DNA of 52,362 bases from a virus. Its lineage: Duplodnaviria > Caudoviricetes. Positions 35,613-45,095 of the stretch are shown one piece after another. Within the stretch, counting starts at the first letter, position 1; the number at the start of each line of letters is the position of its first letter. The notes beneath the pieces are model-generated. The model saw only the letters and a list, made by a program, of their open reading frames with translations, searched no databases and was not told where the DNA came from. The stretch is taken from IMG/VR virus record IMGVR_UViG_3300028027_000073, positions 1-52,362 of that record. One strand, 5' to 3'. The position numbers and the translations under genes were made by a program.

Positions 35613-35926
35613 GATACATCCTTAATTTTACAATGCCATTTTTTCTTATCGTCTTGATGCCAACCATGTACATGAATAGTCCAACCAGCTTCACGAACAT
35701 GTCCTACGTTTTCATGGTCACCTATCTTCTTTACTCTAGCTGACATATTACCTGCTGTGGTTGTTTGTACCGCTAATACTTCTTTACCTTTTAAAGCTAG
35801 TAAATCTATAAAGCCAAACAAGTCCTGTCTTATCCTTGCAAAACTATTCCAATGTTCTACTACTGCTACTGTGTATCCTTCTTCTCGTAATTTTTTAAGA
35901 CTTAACTGCGTTGGGCTAGTTGCCAT
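35609..35926 (-). CDS. PD-(D/E)XK nuclease, Holliday-junction-resolvase-like
   Basis: LREEGY.V, DLFGFIDLLAL, AVQTT. Confidence 0.65.
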   Translation of the reverse strand: MATSPTQLSLKKLREEGYTVAVVEHWNSFARIRQDLFGFIDLLALKGKEVLAVQTTTAGNMSARVKKIGDHENVGHVREAGWTIHVHGWHQDDKKKWHCKIKDVS

Positions 35927-36125
35927 CAAATTGACTTTCGTTAGGTTTAGATATTCCGTCTATAAATCTTTTCTCTATATCACCGGTAGACTTATTAAGT
36001 TCGTATTCATAAGCATGTGGTGATACGTCATCACTATTCTTTTTCTTTTTGAATATCTTGTCCCAGTTGTCTTGTGCTTCTTGTTCAGAAATTAACAATG
36101 GTCTTCTTCCAGAACCTTTACCCAT
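35916..36125 (-). CDS. Hypothetical protein
   Basis: MGKGSGRRP...NWDKIF; coupled ORF. Confidence 0.65.
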   Translation of the reverse strand: MGKGSGRRPLLISEQEAQDNWDKIFKKKKNSDDVSPHAYEYELNKSTGDIEKRFIDGISKPNESQFDGN

Positions 36126-36419
36126 TTATTTTACTCCCAAATGTCCGTTAGTAAATAACCAACCTATAGTTTTTCTATGTGCTTCTTCCCATGCTGCTAT
36201 TCTATCATGTTTATCTAGCATCTTATCATTATCTATCATGTGGTGGCATTGGTGGCATAAGAAAGCTATACGATAATCGTGTCCCTTTATACCTGTTCCC
36301 TTACCATCACGTAGTTGGTTAGAGTGTGCAGATACTACAGTTCCGTCTTGCATAGAACACATCATACATGGTGCTCCATCTGCTAGTTTAAGTAGTTTAG
36401 GATTACGATAATTCATCAT
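36126..36419 (-). CDS. DUF1364/YbcO-like His-Me finger nuclease
   Basis: CMMC, AHSN, GKGTGIK.HD, LCHQCH..ID. Confidence 0.8.
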   Translation of the reverse strand: MMNYRNPKLLKLADGAPCMMCSMQDGTVVSAHSNQLRDGKGTGIKGHDYRIAFLCHQCHHMIDNDKMLDKHDRIAAWEEAHRKTIGWLFTNGHLGVK

Positions 36420-36774
36420 AGTCCCACATCCAACCTAAATTAGTTTGTGCCCAAATTTCTATTGAGTTTTGGTATTCCGTCATGTCAGATGTTGTTAGTT
36501 TTGTCGTTGACTTTATAAGCTCTACTGGCATACCTGCAATTTCTGTTTGGTATCGTAAAAACTTATATCCCATAAGCTCATGTAATTTATCTTTTTCAAT
36601 ACCTGTATGCTGAGATATGCTTGTATATAATTGCCATAGTCTTTCATTTTGCTCATGACTTCTGTTTAATTTAGCATCTGATACTGTTACTCTCCAACGC
36701 TTAGTAAAGTCAAGACTTTTTAACTTCTCTACAAACATTGGTAAATTGTCTTTTGTTAAACTCCACTTCAACAT
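36403..36774 (-). CDS. NinB/Orf-like recombination protein
   Basis: RSHEQN..LW, LHE, STTKL...M.EY. Confidence 0.75.
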   Translation of the reverse strand: MLKWSLTKDNLPMFVEKLKSLDFTKRWRVTVSDAKLNRSHEQNERLWQLYTSISQHTGIEKDKLHELMGYKFLRYQTEIAGMPVELIKSTTKLTTSDMTEYQNSIEIWAQTNLGWMWDYDELS

Positions 36775-36892
36775 TATTATATCCTTTACTTTTAAATGTT
36801 CTTCCATCAATCAAAGTAGCTTTATATACCATATCCTTATCCCATTTAGCTACAGCCTTAATAAATTTATTAGCATCATTTTCATCACTCAT
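36710..36892 (-). CDS. Hypothetical protein
   Basis: ATGA coupling to the helicase gene. Confidence 0.5.
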   Translation of the reverse strand: MSDENDANKFIKAVAKWDKDMVYKATLIDGRTFKSKGYNNVEVEFNKRQFTNVCREVKKS

Positions 36893-37806
36893 CTTGGTGG
36901 ACTCTCGTTATATCGTAAACCTTTTTGGTCAAACCAAAAGTTAAATGAACCTTCCCATTGTGCATTACGCTGCTTCTGAACAAAGACTTTACAATCAGGA
37001 ATAATCTTTAACTCAGCTTCAGAAGTCTTACCTTCTTCTATTAATCTTTCTTTAGACCTATTACGCCATACACAAATAATATTATCACATAAGTTACGAA
37101 TATGCGAACTTCCCATAATGTTTGTAGCATCTGGTATCTCTTCTTCTGACTTCATTTTTCTTGTATGTGCAACTAAAAAAACTGCAATGTTAAGGTCTCT
37201 AACAGTTACAGCTAATTTATCTACAAACATTTTTTGAGCCTCTAAAGACTCTTCAGATATATCTGACATTTTCATAAGGCTATCTATAACAAATACTTCT
37301 ACTCCTAAAATATGTTTGCCATAGTAAAGCGTAGCTATCATATCCTGTGATGTAGTTTGTTGGTGCTGGTCGTAAATATATAACTTGTCTTTTGCACGTT
37401 CACAAAACTTGCGTATGTAATCGTCTGTAGGCTCTGGTGAACCTAATGCTTGGGTACATAGTCTCGCCAAAGATAATACCGGACGCATTTCTAGGCTTGC
37501 CAGTAGACATTTAGTGCCTTGCTTCATCATAGATAATATCACTTGTGACAACCAGAGGCTCTTCCCATGACCTGAGACGCCCGTTAAAATATTTAGCTCA
37601 TTCCTAACACGGAACTTATCTTCCGTCTTAACCCAGCCAAGCGATTTGCCACTATGAATTTCCTCACCAAAATACTTGACCAAGTCATCAGCAAATATAT
37701 CCGTACTCTTAACTTTAAACTCTGCATGTCCATACCCCTCATTATAAAATTCTTGAACTGTTGATTGGCTAACTGTTAGTTTATCTATTACTTCACCTAT
37801 GTTCAC
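36889..37806 (-). CDS. SF4 (DnaB/T7 gp4-like) replicative helicase
   Basis: GVSGHGKS, SLEM, VIDSL, LVAH, GSS, KQRN. Confidence 0.9.
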   Translation of the reverse strand: MNIGEVIDKLTVSQSTVQEFYNEGYGHAEFKVKSTDIFADDLVKYFGEEIHSGKSLGWVKTEDKFRVRNELNILTGVSGHGKSLWLSQVILSMMKQGTKCLLASLEMRPVLSLARLCTQALGSPEPTDDYIRKFCERAKDKLYIYDQHQQTTSQDMIATLYYGKHILGVEVFVIDSLMKMSDISEESLEAQKMFVDKLAVTVRDLNIAVFLVAHTRKMKSEEEIPDATNIMGSSHIRNLCDNIICVWRNRSKERLIEEGKTSEAELKIIPDCKVFVQKQRNAQWEGSFNFWFDQKGLRYNESPPR

Positions 37807-38423
37807 TAAATGCCACCTTCCCAAACCTTACGAACTTGTTGAACATCCCCGTCGTTCCATCTCTCCTGATTAAGAAGCGTTAAAGGGGCTGGCGAGAAAC
37901 CATCTCTCCATGATTGAGTATCTTTCATCTTCTTTACATACCCTATCACTTCATCTGCTATACCGTCAAGATTTTTATTAGCCCATCTTTCCATACATGT
38001 TTTCTTGTTGACTTTACGAACATTAGGATAACTTTCCCAAAATTCTTCAAACCTATTGGTCGTTTTAACGACATATATATCTTCTCTTATCTTCTCTTCT
38101 CTTCTCTTCTCTATCCTAACAGTCTCATAGTTTTCTACTAGTAATCCTCTAGTAAATAGTTCTTTTACTATTTTTTCAACAAAATCAATAGGATAATGAA
38201 GTCTAAAAGCTATTTCAAAGTTGTCAGGTAACACACCATCACTTTCAGAACCAAGACACCACAACTCTACTAAAACAGCTTTTTGTTCAAAAGATAGTCT
38301 ATGAATTTCAATGTTGTTTATGTAATCCGTACCATAAAATTTAAACCACGTCATCTTTTTTTGATAACGTGGGTTCTTAGGATTGTAGAGATTAAACTTT
38401 TCCCAGTTCTTAATCTTGTACAT
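37806..38423 (-). CDS. Replication initiator (lambda O-like)
   Basis: WFK, EKRREEKIRE linker, FEEFW..YP..V.KK, P.TLLNQERW. Confidence 0.8.
   Translation of the reverse strand: MYKIKNWEKFNLYNPKNPRYQKKMTWFKFYGTDYINNIEIHRLSFEQKAVLVELWCLGSESDGVLPDNFEIAFRLHYPIDFVEKIVKELFTRGLLVENYETVRIEKRREEKIREDIYVVKTTNRFEEFWESYPNVRKVNKKTCMERWANKNLDGIADEVIGYVKKMKDTQSWRDGFSPAPLTLLNQERWNDGDVQQVRKVWEGGI
38081..38117. repeat. CTTCT tandem pentamers inside the initiator gene (possible ori-associated tract)
   Basis: cttctcttatcttctcttctcttctcttctctatcct. Confidence 0.4.
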
Positions 38424-38577
38424 TAGTTGCCTCATTTCCAATCTTTAAACCTTTTTTAAGTATAACTCTTATAAAGCCATACTCTCTCTCATTTAATTCA
38501 AATCCTCCATCATTTAATTTACCTTCAGCCACTCCAAATATTGCATGAATAGCTACTAATGCGTCTCTTTCTGTCAT
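38410..38577 (-). CDS. Hypothetical protein, first leftward early gene
   Basis: AGGAG RBS; MTERDALVAI start. Confidence 0.6.
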   Translation of the reverse strand: MTERDALVAIHAIFGVAEGKLNDGGFELNEREYGFIRVILKKGLKIGNEATNVQD

Positions 38578-38609
38578 AATGCTCTCCTGTTGGTTAATAA
38601 TGCCAAAAA

Positions 38610-38638
38610 AGATTAACATAAGTAATTCTAGTTGTAAA
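38610..38638 (-). promoter_or_regulatory. Leftward sigma70-type promoter (arm B)
   Basis: TTTACA-17 nt-TAATCT with TG extension. Confidence 0.55.
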
Positions 38639-38660
38639 CTAATTATTTGCTAGAAAATAC

Positions 38661-38689
38661 TTGACAGGTGTTTTTTATGAGTTTAGAGT
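38661..38689 (+). promoter_or_regulatory. Rightward early promoter (arm B)
   Basis: TTGACA-17 nt-TAGAGT, then AGGAG RBS. Confidence 0.7.
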
Positions 38690-38715
38690 TCAATTGTCAA
38701 CTTTAGGAGAGACAC

Positions 38716-38811
38716 ATGAAAATTTCAACAATGATAGCAGTAGCAGTACTATTTTGGGTTTATGTAGCTTCATGCCTTTGGGTTATGGGCAAATTAGCGG
38801 GAGCAATATAA
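38716..38811 (+). CDS. Small early membrane peptide (31 aa)
   Basis: MKISTMIAVAVLFWVYVASCLWVMGKLAGAI; AGGAG RBS; TAATG coupling. Confidence 0.65.
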   Translation: MKISTMIAVAVLFWVYVASCLWVMGKLAGAI

Positions 38812-38921
38812 TGGAAAGACATTTAGACCCAGACGCTTATTTAGATGAAATGGATAGACTTGACAGATTGGAAGAAGAAGCCCAATATAAACTTGAGCAA
38901 CAGGAGAAACATGATGACTAA
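38811..38921 (+). CDS. Small acidic protein (36 aa)
   Basis: MERHLDPDAYLDEMDRL...; GGGAG RBS. Confidence 0.6.
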   Translation: MERHLDPDAYLDEMDRLDRLEEEAQYKLEQQEKHDD

Positions 38922-39114
38922 TTGGGGATGGGATAAAGATAGACATAATACCTGGTATAACCAATGGCATTATAAAACACCTAGAAGTTATCGTGAAAGA
39001 TATGGTGTTGACTATAAACATGACGATACAGAGCATGAAGAACATATAACAACAAATATCTTGACTGTCATATTAGTTTTAATTATAGTGGGGATGTTAT
39101 GTCTACAGAACTAA
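38911..39114 (+). CDS. Small membrane protein
   Basis: AGGAG RBS; YKTPRSYRE; C-terminal TM. Confidence 0.65.
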   Translation: MMTNWGWDKDRHNTWYNQWHYKTPRSYRERYGVDYKHDDTEHEEHITTNILTVILVLIIVGMLCLQN

Positions 39115-39272
39115 AACCTATATCTGAAATACTAGAAGATGTTTGGAAGGAATTAAAAGAACTTAACGATAGATTTGACGAAAGGGAGAGAGCAAATGGA
39201 AGACCAATTTTACCAGGAAGTGATGCAGGAATTGCACGAGATGGAAACCAAACAACAGGAGAGAATAAATGA
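39099..39272 (+). CDS. Hypothetical protein
   Basis: Similar to 277..474. Confidence 0.5.
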   Translation: MSTELKPISEILEDVWKELKELNDRFDERERANGRPILPGSDAGIARDGNQTTGENK

Positions 39273-39811
39273 GCATTCATAAAAAATTAATGCAAGCAAG
39301 ATTAAAGTTGCAAACAACAGACCTTAAAAAGTCTGGTCATAATAAATTTGCAGGATATAAGTATTTTGAGTTAGGTGATTTTTTACCTACTATTCAAGAA
39401 ATTTCTAATGAGGTGGGTATCTGTGGCACAGTAACATTTTATACAGATATAGCAATTCTTACTATTACAGACATGGATGATGCTACACAGTTTATTGAGT
39501 TTAAATGTCCTATGTCTTCAGCAGCTTTAAAAGGTTGCCATGATGTGCAAAACTTAGGTGCAGTTCAAACATACCTTCGTAGGTATTTATGGACTAATGC
39601 GTTTGAGATAGTAGAACATGACGCAATTGATGCTGCTAAACCTATAGAACCAGAAGAAGTTGAAATGACTGAGTCTCAATTAAGTAAATTTAAAACACAA
39701 TTAGAAGAAGCATTAAAAGAAGGTAAGCTAAAAGAAGCATTCTTTAAACTACCAGAAAATGTTAAAACTCAATTACGGGATTATGCTAATGAACTTAAGA
39801 AGTCTGCATGA
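39269..39811 (+). CDS. ERF-family single-strand annealing protein
   Basis: Near-identical to 458..877 up to EHDAIDA, then a different tail. Confidence 0.85.
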   Translation: MSIHKKLMQARLKLQTTDLKKSGHNKFAGYKYFELGDFLPTIQEISNEVGICGTVTFYTDIAILTITDMDDATQFIEFKCPMSSAALKGCHDVQNLGAVQTYLRRYLWTNAFEIVEHDAIDAAKPIEPEEVEMTESQLSKFKTQLEEALKEGKLKEAFFKLPENVKTQLRDYANELKKSA

Positions 39812-40410
39812 GTCATTTAACCGACAATAGACGTCATAATATTATTACAGCTAGCAATGCTTGGTCTGCTGTGTATGAGAGACAAAAATTATGGCGTCAA
39901 ATGACTTTAAGAGAAGCTCCATTTGAAGGCAATGAAATGACTGAATGGGGTAATCTTAACGAACATCTTGCTATTTGTGAGTTTGAAAAAGCTATGGGAG
40001 AGATTACTGAAACTGGTAATAAGTTAATTGTTCATCCTGATTTACCATTAGGTGCAAGTCCAGATGGATTCTTAAATAGGCTGCCAATAGAAGCAAAGTG
40101 TCCTTATAGCCAAGAGTTTTATGGTATGATTCCAGACCGTTATTATTTCCAAACACAGTTACAAATGGAAGTATGTGGTGCTCCAAGATGTTATTTTGTA
40201 GTGTGGACACCAAAAGGAATTACTATACAAATTATTGAAAGAAGTAAAGAATGGTTTGACTGGTATAAACCTTTAGCGTTAGAATTTATGAAGTTTGTAG
40301 AAGATGATGTAGAGCCTACTCGTTGGAAACGCAAACCCATATTTGATATAGATTTGAAAGAAGATAAATTATTATTTCCAAAGGAGCAACAAGATGGCAT
40401 CAGTAAATAA
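39808..40410 (+). CDS. YqaJ-like exonuclease (different subtype from arm A)
   Basis: ITAS, WG..NE, GASPDG, EAKCP, QTQLQM. Confidence 0.88.
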   Translation: MSHLTDNRRHNIITASNAWSAVYERQKLWRQMTLREAPFEGNEMTEWGNLNEHLAICEFEKAMGEITETGNKLIVHPDLPLGASPDGFLNRLPIEAKCPYSQEFYGMIPDRYYFQTQLQMEVCGAPRCYFVVWTPKGITIQIIERSKEWFDWYKPLALEFMKFVEDDVEPTRWKRKPIFDIDLKEDKLLFPKEQQDGISK

Positions 40411-40798
40411 AGCAATTATCGTAGGTAATTTAGGGAAAGACCCAGAGGTTAAATTTTTAACTAATGGTGACGCTGTGTGTAGTTTTAGTATTGCTACTAC
40501 TGACAGTTGGAAAGATAAAGCAGGTCAAAAGCAAGAAAAAACAGAATGGCATAACATTGTTATGTATAGAAAGTTAGCTGAAATTGCTGGTGAGTATCTT
40601 AAAAAAGGCAGTCCAGTATACGTTGAAGGTGCTTTACAAACTCGTAAATGGACTAATAAAGAAGGTCAAGATAAATATACAACTGAAATTGTAGCAAACA
40701 GTATGCAAATGTTAGGCGGTAAAACTTTACAACAAGAACAAAATAATACTAGAAGTGGTCCTGCTATTGAAGGGGCAGATGAGGACGTGCCATTTTAA
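40394..40798 (+). CDS. ssb: Single-stranded DNA-binding protein
   Basis: [38 protein letters not shown]. Confidence 0.95.
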   Translation: MASVNKAIIVGNLGKDPEVKFLTNGDAVCSFSIATTDSWKDKAGQKQEKTEWHNIVMYRKLAEIAGEYLKKGSPVYVEGALQTRKWTNKEGQDKYTTEIVANSMQMLGGKTLQQEQNNTRSGPAIEGADEDVPF

Positions 40799-40811
40799 AG
40801 CACATCCCCAT
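40779..40811 (-). terminator. 12-bp hairpin at the pqqA 3' end
   Basis: Minus strand ATGGGGATGTGC-9 nt-GCACGTCCTCAT (two G-U pairs). Confidence 0.45.
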
Positions 40812-40822
40812 TAGCATGATAA

Positions 40823-40894
40823 CTATTTGTTCATTACGTACATAGTTACTTCAAAGCCAAAACGCATTTCTGTAGCTGCTGGAGTTGTCCACAT
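40823..40894 (-). CDS. pqqA: Coenzyme PQQ precursor peptide PqqA (MWTTPAATEMRFGFEVTMYVMNK)
   Basis: Hand translation; E-x-x-x-Y core; AAGGA RBS; TATAAT at 40945-40950. Confidence 0.95.
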   Translation of the reverse strand: MWTTPAATEMRFGFEVTMYVMNK

Positions 40895-40997
40895 GGTATT
40901 TATCCTTAAGTAATATATTATGCTTAATTGCACAATATAATGGAATTATACGCTTATGTGGGTTTGCTAGACACCAGATAATCATTAAAGGTAGATA

Positions 40998-41387
40998 ATG
41001 GATATACATATTTCAGAACATGATGTACATTGTATAGCGACTGCTGTTTATACAGAAGTCAACATGCAATCACTAGAAGAAAAACTAGGGGTTATTAATG
41101 TCATTATGAACAGAGTTAGGTCTAAACGATTTGGTCGTGATGTTTGTGAGGTAGTTTATGCTAGGGGACAGTTCATTGGTATAGAAAACATGATGAAAGC
41201 TAAAGAAAAGAACATAGACCAAGAAACACTATTAAAGACTAAGTTACTTGTAATAGATACATTATTCTTTAAAAAGCATGCAAATCCTGTAGGGAATAGT
41301 CTATACTTTCATGACGATAGCGTAGATATGAAATATATCTGGGACAAGAAACCAAACAAAAAAATTGGAAGGATGGTGTTTTACTAA
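40998..41387 (+). CDS. SleB/Hydrolase_2-family cell wall hydrolase
   Basis: Homolog of 2450..2839. Confidence 0.85.
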   Translation: MDIHISEHDVHCIATAVYTEVNMQSLEEKLGVINVIMNRVRSKRFGRDVCEVVYARGQFIGIENMMKAKEKNIDQETLLKTKLLVIDTLFFKKHANPVGNSLYFHDDSVDMKYIWDKKPNKKIGRMVFY

Positions 41388-41632
41388 TGGCTAAAAAAGA
41401 ACCTGTAGCATGGCTTTATGAAGAGTTTGATATTAGGTCAGGTGACCTTAAAGCATCTTATTTGTGGTCGTTTCATCCTAAAGAATTGTCATATTTGAAT
41501 GATTTAAAAGGTTCAACACATCATATAAAAATAACACCATTATTCAGAGGCGAAAAAATAGAAGAATACAAGTCAATGAATAAGTACTCAGAAGAAACAC
41601 AAAGATTAATTGAAAGCAATAATGGACTCTAA
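41387..41632 (+). CDS. Hypothetical protein
   Basis: EPVAWLYEEFD..ITPL. Confidence 0.65.
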   Translation: MAKKEPVAWLYEEFDIRSGDLKASYLWSFHPKELSYLNDLKGSTHHIKITPLFRGEKIEEYKSMNKYSEETQRLIESNNGL

Positions 41633-41768
41633 ACCACTTACCCAAGAAGAAATTATAAAGGTATATAAAGAAGCATTTGGATACGGTAGTCAAGTAATAA
41701 CGATTGACAAGATATTTAAGTTTGCTAGACTTATAGAACAATTGCATGGAGTAAAAGATGTACACTAA
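41622..41768 (+). CDS. Small hypothetical protein (48 aa)
   Basis: Hand-translated MDSKPLTQEEI...FARLIEQLHGV; overlaps both neighbours. Confidence 0.6.
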   Translation: MDSKPLTQEEIIKVYKEAFGYGSQVITIDKIFKFARLIEQLHGVKDVH

Positions 41769-42021
41769 ACTAGACGACCAAAGACAAGCAAAGTTTGTTA
41801 TAAACTATATTACTGCACATCCTGGTTGCAGCATTAAACAAATTGTGCAAGAATGTGTCATTTCAAGGTCAAGGTTAAAATACCTAGAAAGTCAAGAATA
41901 TTTGATTTTGCCTAAATGGACTTATAGCAATGAACTAGATAAACGATTTAAGAATAGAAAATACGTATCTGTAACTGTAGGTAGGGAGTATGGAAAATGG
42001 GACGAGCAGAAAAGGTATTAG
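41758..42021 (+). CDS. HTH-like hypothetical protein
   Basis: YITAHPGCSIKQI; GGAG RBS. Confidence 0.55.
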   Translation: MYTKLDDQRQAKFVINYITAHPGCSIKQIVQECVISRSRLKYLESQEYLILPKWTYSNELDKRFKNRKYVSVTVGREYGKWDEQKRY

Positions 42022-42113
42022 ATGTAGTAGTATGGTTGTTGATTGTTGGTGGTATGGGTTGGTTTGCTTATGGTTGTTATGAACTTATTGATTTATTTTT
42101 TCTAAGGGGATAG
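41997..42113 (+). CDS. Small membrane protein (38 aa)
   Basis: MGRAEKVLDVVVWLLIVGGMGWFAYGCYELIDLFFLRG. Confidence 0.55.
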   Translation: MGRAEKVLDVVVWLLIVGGMGWFAYGCYELIDLFFLRG

Positions 42114-42115
42114 AT

Positions 42116-42391
42116 ATGGTAGATATGGTAAATAGACCTCCACATTATTTAGTGGGCGGAATTGAAGCAATAGATGTAATTAAGAGTCGTTTAACTAAAG
42201 AAGAATACATTGGGTATCTTAAAGGCTGTAAGCTCAAGTATGACTTACGCTATCCGTTTAAAGATAATCCACAACAAGATTTAGACAAGTCTGATTGGTA
42301 TAAAAATAAGCTATTAGAAGTTACTAAAGACGAAGATGCTGTAAACCCACCTGAAGTAGAAGCTATCTTAGAAAGATTTGATGATGAATAA
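42116..42391 (+). CDS. DUF3310/SaV-like protein
   Basis: Homolog of 4390..4668. Confidence 0.85.
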   Translation: MVDMVNRPPHYLVGGIEAIDVIKSRLTKEEYIGYLKGCKLKYDLRYPFKDNPQQDLDKSDWYKNKLLEVTKDEDAVNPPEVEAILERFDDE

Positions 42392-42539
42392 AACCTATTG
42401 GGTATTTATTGTGGTATTAGCTGCATTAGCTATTTGGGGAACAGAAAGAGCTATGGCTCAAACTACGACTATACTAGCACCAGATGGTTCTGTAACTGTC
42501 TGTCAGGTTGGTAGTAATGGTGTGATTATTTGTGTCTAA
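42384..42539 (+). CDS. Small secreted peptide with a Cys pair (51 aa)
   Basis: Signal peptide ending AMA; mature QTTTILAPDGSVTVCQVGSNGVIICV. Confidence 0.65.
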   Translation: MNKTYWVFIVVLAALAIWGTERAMAQTTTILAPDGSVTVCQVGSNGVIICV

Positions 42540-42888
42540 TGGTATGCGTAATAGTCAAGCTACTCATGTAGATTTTGGCTTTTTGCGTGGAGCAATAAAA
42601 AGTAATCCTAAAGTAATACCTGTAAATTTAGACATGGTATATGAACATAAGGGTCATTTTTTATTTGCAGAATGGAAACGTGAAAACGAACAAATTAGTG
42701 AAGGGCAAAAGATACTATTAAGAAACCTAGCAAAACTACATACAGTATTGCTAATTATTGGACATAGTGATGAAACATCAACCGAAGTAAAAGATTTTTA
42801 TTGGGTTCGTGGGCTATATATGACTCATGTTGGAAAGGGTATAGACTCATTAAAAGATTATATAGATGATTGGTGGAACGAATATTAA
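42532..42888 (+). CDS. Putative PD-(D/E)XK nuclease-like protein
   Basis: NLDMVYE....LFAEWK, SEGQKILL. Confidence 0.55.
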   Translation: MSNGMRNSQATHVDFGFLRGAIKSNPKVIPVNLDMVYEHKGHFLFAEWKRENEQISEGQKILLRNLAKLHTVLLIIGHSDETSTEVKDFYWVRGLYMTHVGKGIDSLKDYIDDWWNEY

Positions 42889-43061
42889 TCATCCATAGGT
42901 GTTAATTCACCATAGATAGCTAGTTCTTCACCACTTATTTCTATCATGCTATCGTCATCTAATGTGATAACTATAGTGCTATCGCCATGTAATGCTTCAC
43001 AAGATACAATCACTCTTCCTAACATGTGATTACAGATAATTTCTACTTCTGACCGTTGCAT
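42885..43061 (-). CDS. Small acidic hypothetical protein
   Basis: Homolog of 5159..5326. Confidence 0.7.
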   Translation of the reverse strand: MQRSEVEIICNHMLGRVIVSCEALHGDSTIVITLDDDSMIEISGEELAIYGELTPMDD

Positions 43062-43068
43062 AATTGTC

Positions 43069-43773
43069 CTAAGAAACATGACCATTCCAACGCCCATTTT
43101 CTTTTAATACCATAGGCATTAGCTTTGGTTGACCGTTAATAATAACTCCACAACCTACAATGAAACGACTCTTAAAGTTTTTAGCATAGTCAAATGCCAT
43201 AGACTTTTGATGTATTAAACATCCTACTTGCATACCCCAAATAAGAGCATCTGGGTTACTGTAATAACCAATACTGAATTTAGTATGATAGTGACCCTGC
43301 ACCGTATTCATTCCATACTGCTGGGCTACCTTTAAAACGTCAGCAGATAAACCATGAGTAAAGAAACATCTAGAGTTATCACTTAAGGTTATGGTGTGGT
43401 CATCTACCCATTCCCAGCCTTTGCCAACGCCTAAGAACTCATTGTAATGCTTTAGATATGCTTTAGGCATACCATACTTTAATGCTCTACGATAAACTAA
43501 AGAGCTATGGTTAGAATGAACTAAAACCATCTTAGGGAATATCTTTTCTAGTTCTTTGACATGCTTCTTAGACTCTTCTAATTCATGTCCAGCAGAGTAT
43601 AAGTCTGGGTTATGTTCGTGCATAGAGATAGCGTGTTGGTCTAGCTCATCACCTATGTTGACTATATGGTCAAACTTGTATTTAGTCTTTAATGCTTTGA
43701 GAAACGCAAATGCGTCAGGATGATGATATGGAATATGTAGGTCAGATATGACTAGAACTGATTTATATTTCAA
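43069..43773 (-). CDS. Calcineurin-like metallophosphoesterase
   Basis: SDLH.P, GDE.D, SNH, THG, GHYH motifs. Confidence 0.9.
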   Translation of the reverse strand: MKYKSVLVISDLHIPYHHPDAFAFLKALKTKYKFDHIVNIGDELDQHAISMHEHNPDLYSAGHELEESKKHVKELEKIFPKMVLVHSNHSSLVYRRALKYGMPKAYLKHYNEFLGVGKGWEWVDDHTITLSDNSRCFFTHGLSADVLKVAQQYGMNTVQGHYHTKFSIGYYSNPDALIWGMQVGCLIHQKSMAFDYAKNFKSRFIVGCGVIINGQPKLMPMVLKENGRWNGHVS

Positions 43774-43801
43774 ACTACTCTCCTAGGGTTAAGATGCTTT
43801 A

Positions 43802-44251
43802 TTATAACCCTAAAAACAATTTGCGTTCATCTAATCTTCTGTTTTGTAAACCTTTTAATATCTTACCACCAGCTTTACAATATTTAACTAACGACTCCAT
43901 AGCCGCTTCTTTATCGCCACGTAACAACGCTTGACGGATGGTTGAACGCTGAAAGCATCCAAGACCCAGATTAAAGCAAAAGCTGACAAGAGCGTCAAAC
44001 TCATGTTGTCGTAAAGGCACGTTAGGTAACATCTTATGTACTCCCAACTCAAAACGGTTGAGGTCTCGTTTAAGAATTGCATCTATTTCCTCGTTAGTAA
44101 ATGTTTTGTTCCATTCAGGCGGTAATGTTTTGCCATCACCAATCAAATGACCAATTCCTACTGTCCACAGTTTTGCGGGACACTGGTATGGTTTGTTTCT
44201 AACACCTTCGTGATGACGTAGTAACTTGATAAGTTTATCAGATACTTTCAC
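43802..44251 (-). CDS. Endolysin, GH24 lysozyme
   Basis: Homolog of 6100..6549. Confidence 0.92.
   Translation of the reverse strand: MKVSDKLIKLLRHHEGVRNKPYQCPAKLWTVGIGHLIGDGKTLPPEWNKTFTNEEIDAILKRDLNRFELGVHKMLPNVPLRQHEFDALVSFCFNLGLGCFQRSTIRQALLRGDKEAAMESLVKYCKAGGKILKGLQNRRLDERKLFLGL
43888..44082 (-). CDS. Candidate overprinted membrane protein nested in the lysozyme gene
   Basis: 62/64 identical to 6186..6380; same RBS and stop. Confidence 0.45.
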   Translation of the reverse strand: MQFLNETSTVLSWEYIRCYLTCLYDNMSLTLLSAFALIWVLDAFSVQPSVKRCYVAIKKRLWSR

Positions 44252-44735
44252 GTTTCTTTTCCCATGTACGAGAGCCGAAATAGAAACCAATAATAGATGC
44301 AGTAATAGCCATTTCATCTGAACCAAATACTGCCTCTGAAGCTGTTACAAAATCTACACCTGTCCACATAGCCCAACCTAATGAGATAAGATTAATAAGC
44401 ACTAACTCACCTACAAAGATAAATGCTACTACAGGTCTAACCATAGCGTTCCAGTTTTTAACTGTAGAACTTGCATTTTCTACTAACTTCTTATCATGGT
44501 CGTATAATGCTTCACGTTCTTGTGCGTATGTTTGCACTTCTATTTGGTCTAGCTTAATAGCTTCTATTTTTTCTTGTGATATAAAACCTGCTTTAGCTAA
44601 TTCTAATTCACGTTCTGTTTGTAGTTTAGCCATTTCTCTTTCATGCTTTTGGTCACCCTTTTGCTGAAAGAAACCTAAAATACTAGGTAAACCTGAGGTA
44701 GCAAAACCTAATATGCCTGATAAAATACTTAACAT
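44238..44735 (-). CDS. Holin (3TM-like)
   Basis: Homolog of 6536..7033. Confidence 0.75.
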   Translation of the reverse strand: MLSILSGILGFATSGLPSILGFFQQKGDQKHEREMAKLQTERELELAKAGFISQEKIEAIKLDQIEVQTYAQEREALYDHDKKLVENASSTVKNWNAMVRPVVAFIFVGELVLINLISLGWAMWTGVDFVTASEAVFGSDEMAITASIIGFYFGSRTWEKKRESI

Positions 44736-45095
44736 CTATAACTCCTTTGGGTCAAAGCCATACATTTTGGCTACACGTTTTTGTAATTTAAGAAACAAGC
44801 CTTTATGACTCGTGTACTGTTCTGTTTTTGGTGAAACTGTATATACACACATATGCAATATTTCATGACAGAGTGTAATTAACACAGGATATAAGTGAGA
44901 GTGTCTTGCAGTAGATATAGTAATGACATGTGGTTCACCTTGTTCTGGTGGTTGATATTCTCCACATATAGTATCGTCATGCAATACTATGAAGTCTACT
45001 TTAGATGCAGGTGGTAGTTTGTATTCATCAAATATAGGCATCTCTATAATTGCACTATAGAGGTTAGCTATGTTATTTTCTGTAATGAATGTCAT
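44736..45095 (-). CDS. Small zincin-like metallopeptidase
   Basis: HEILH; homolog of 7034..7393. Confidence 0.65.
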   Translation of the reverse strand: MTFITENNIANLYSAIIEMPIFDEYKLPPASKVDFIVLHDDTICGEYQPPEQGEPHVITISTARHSHLYPVLITLCHEILHMCVYTVSPKTEQYTSHKGLFLKLQKRVAKMYGFDPKEL

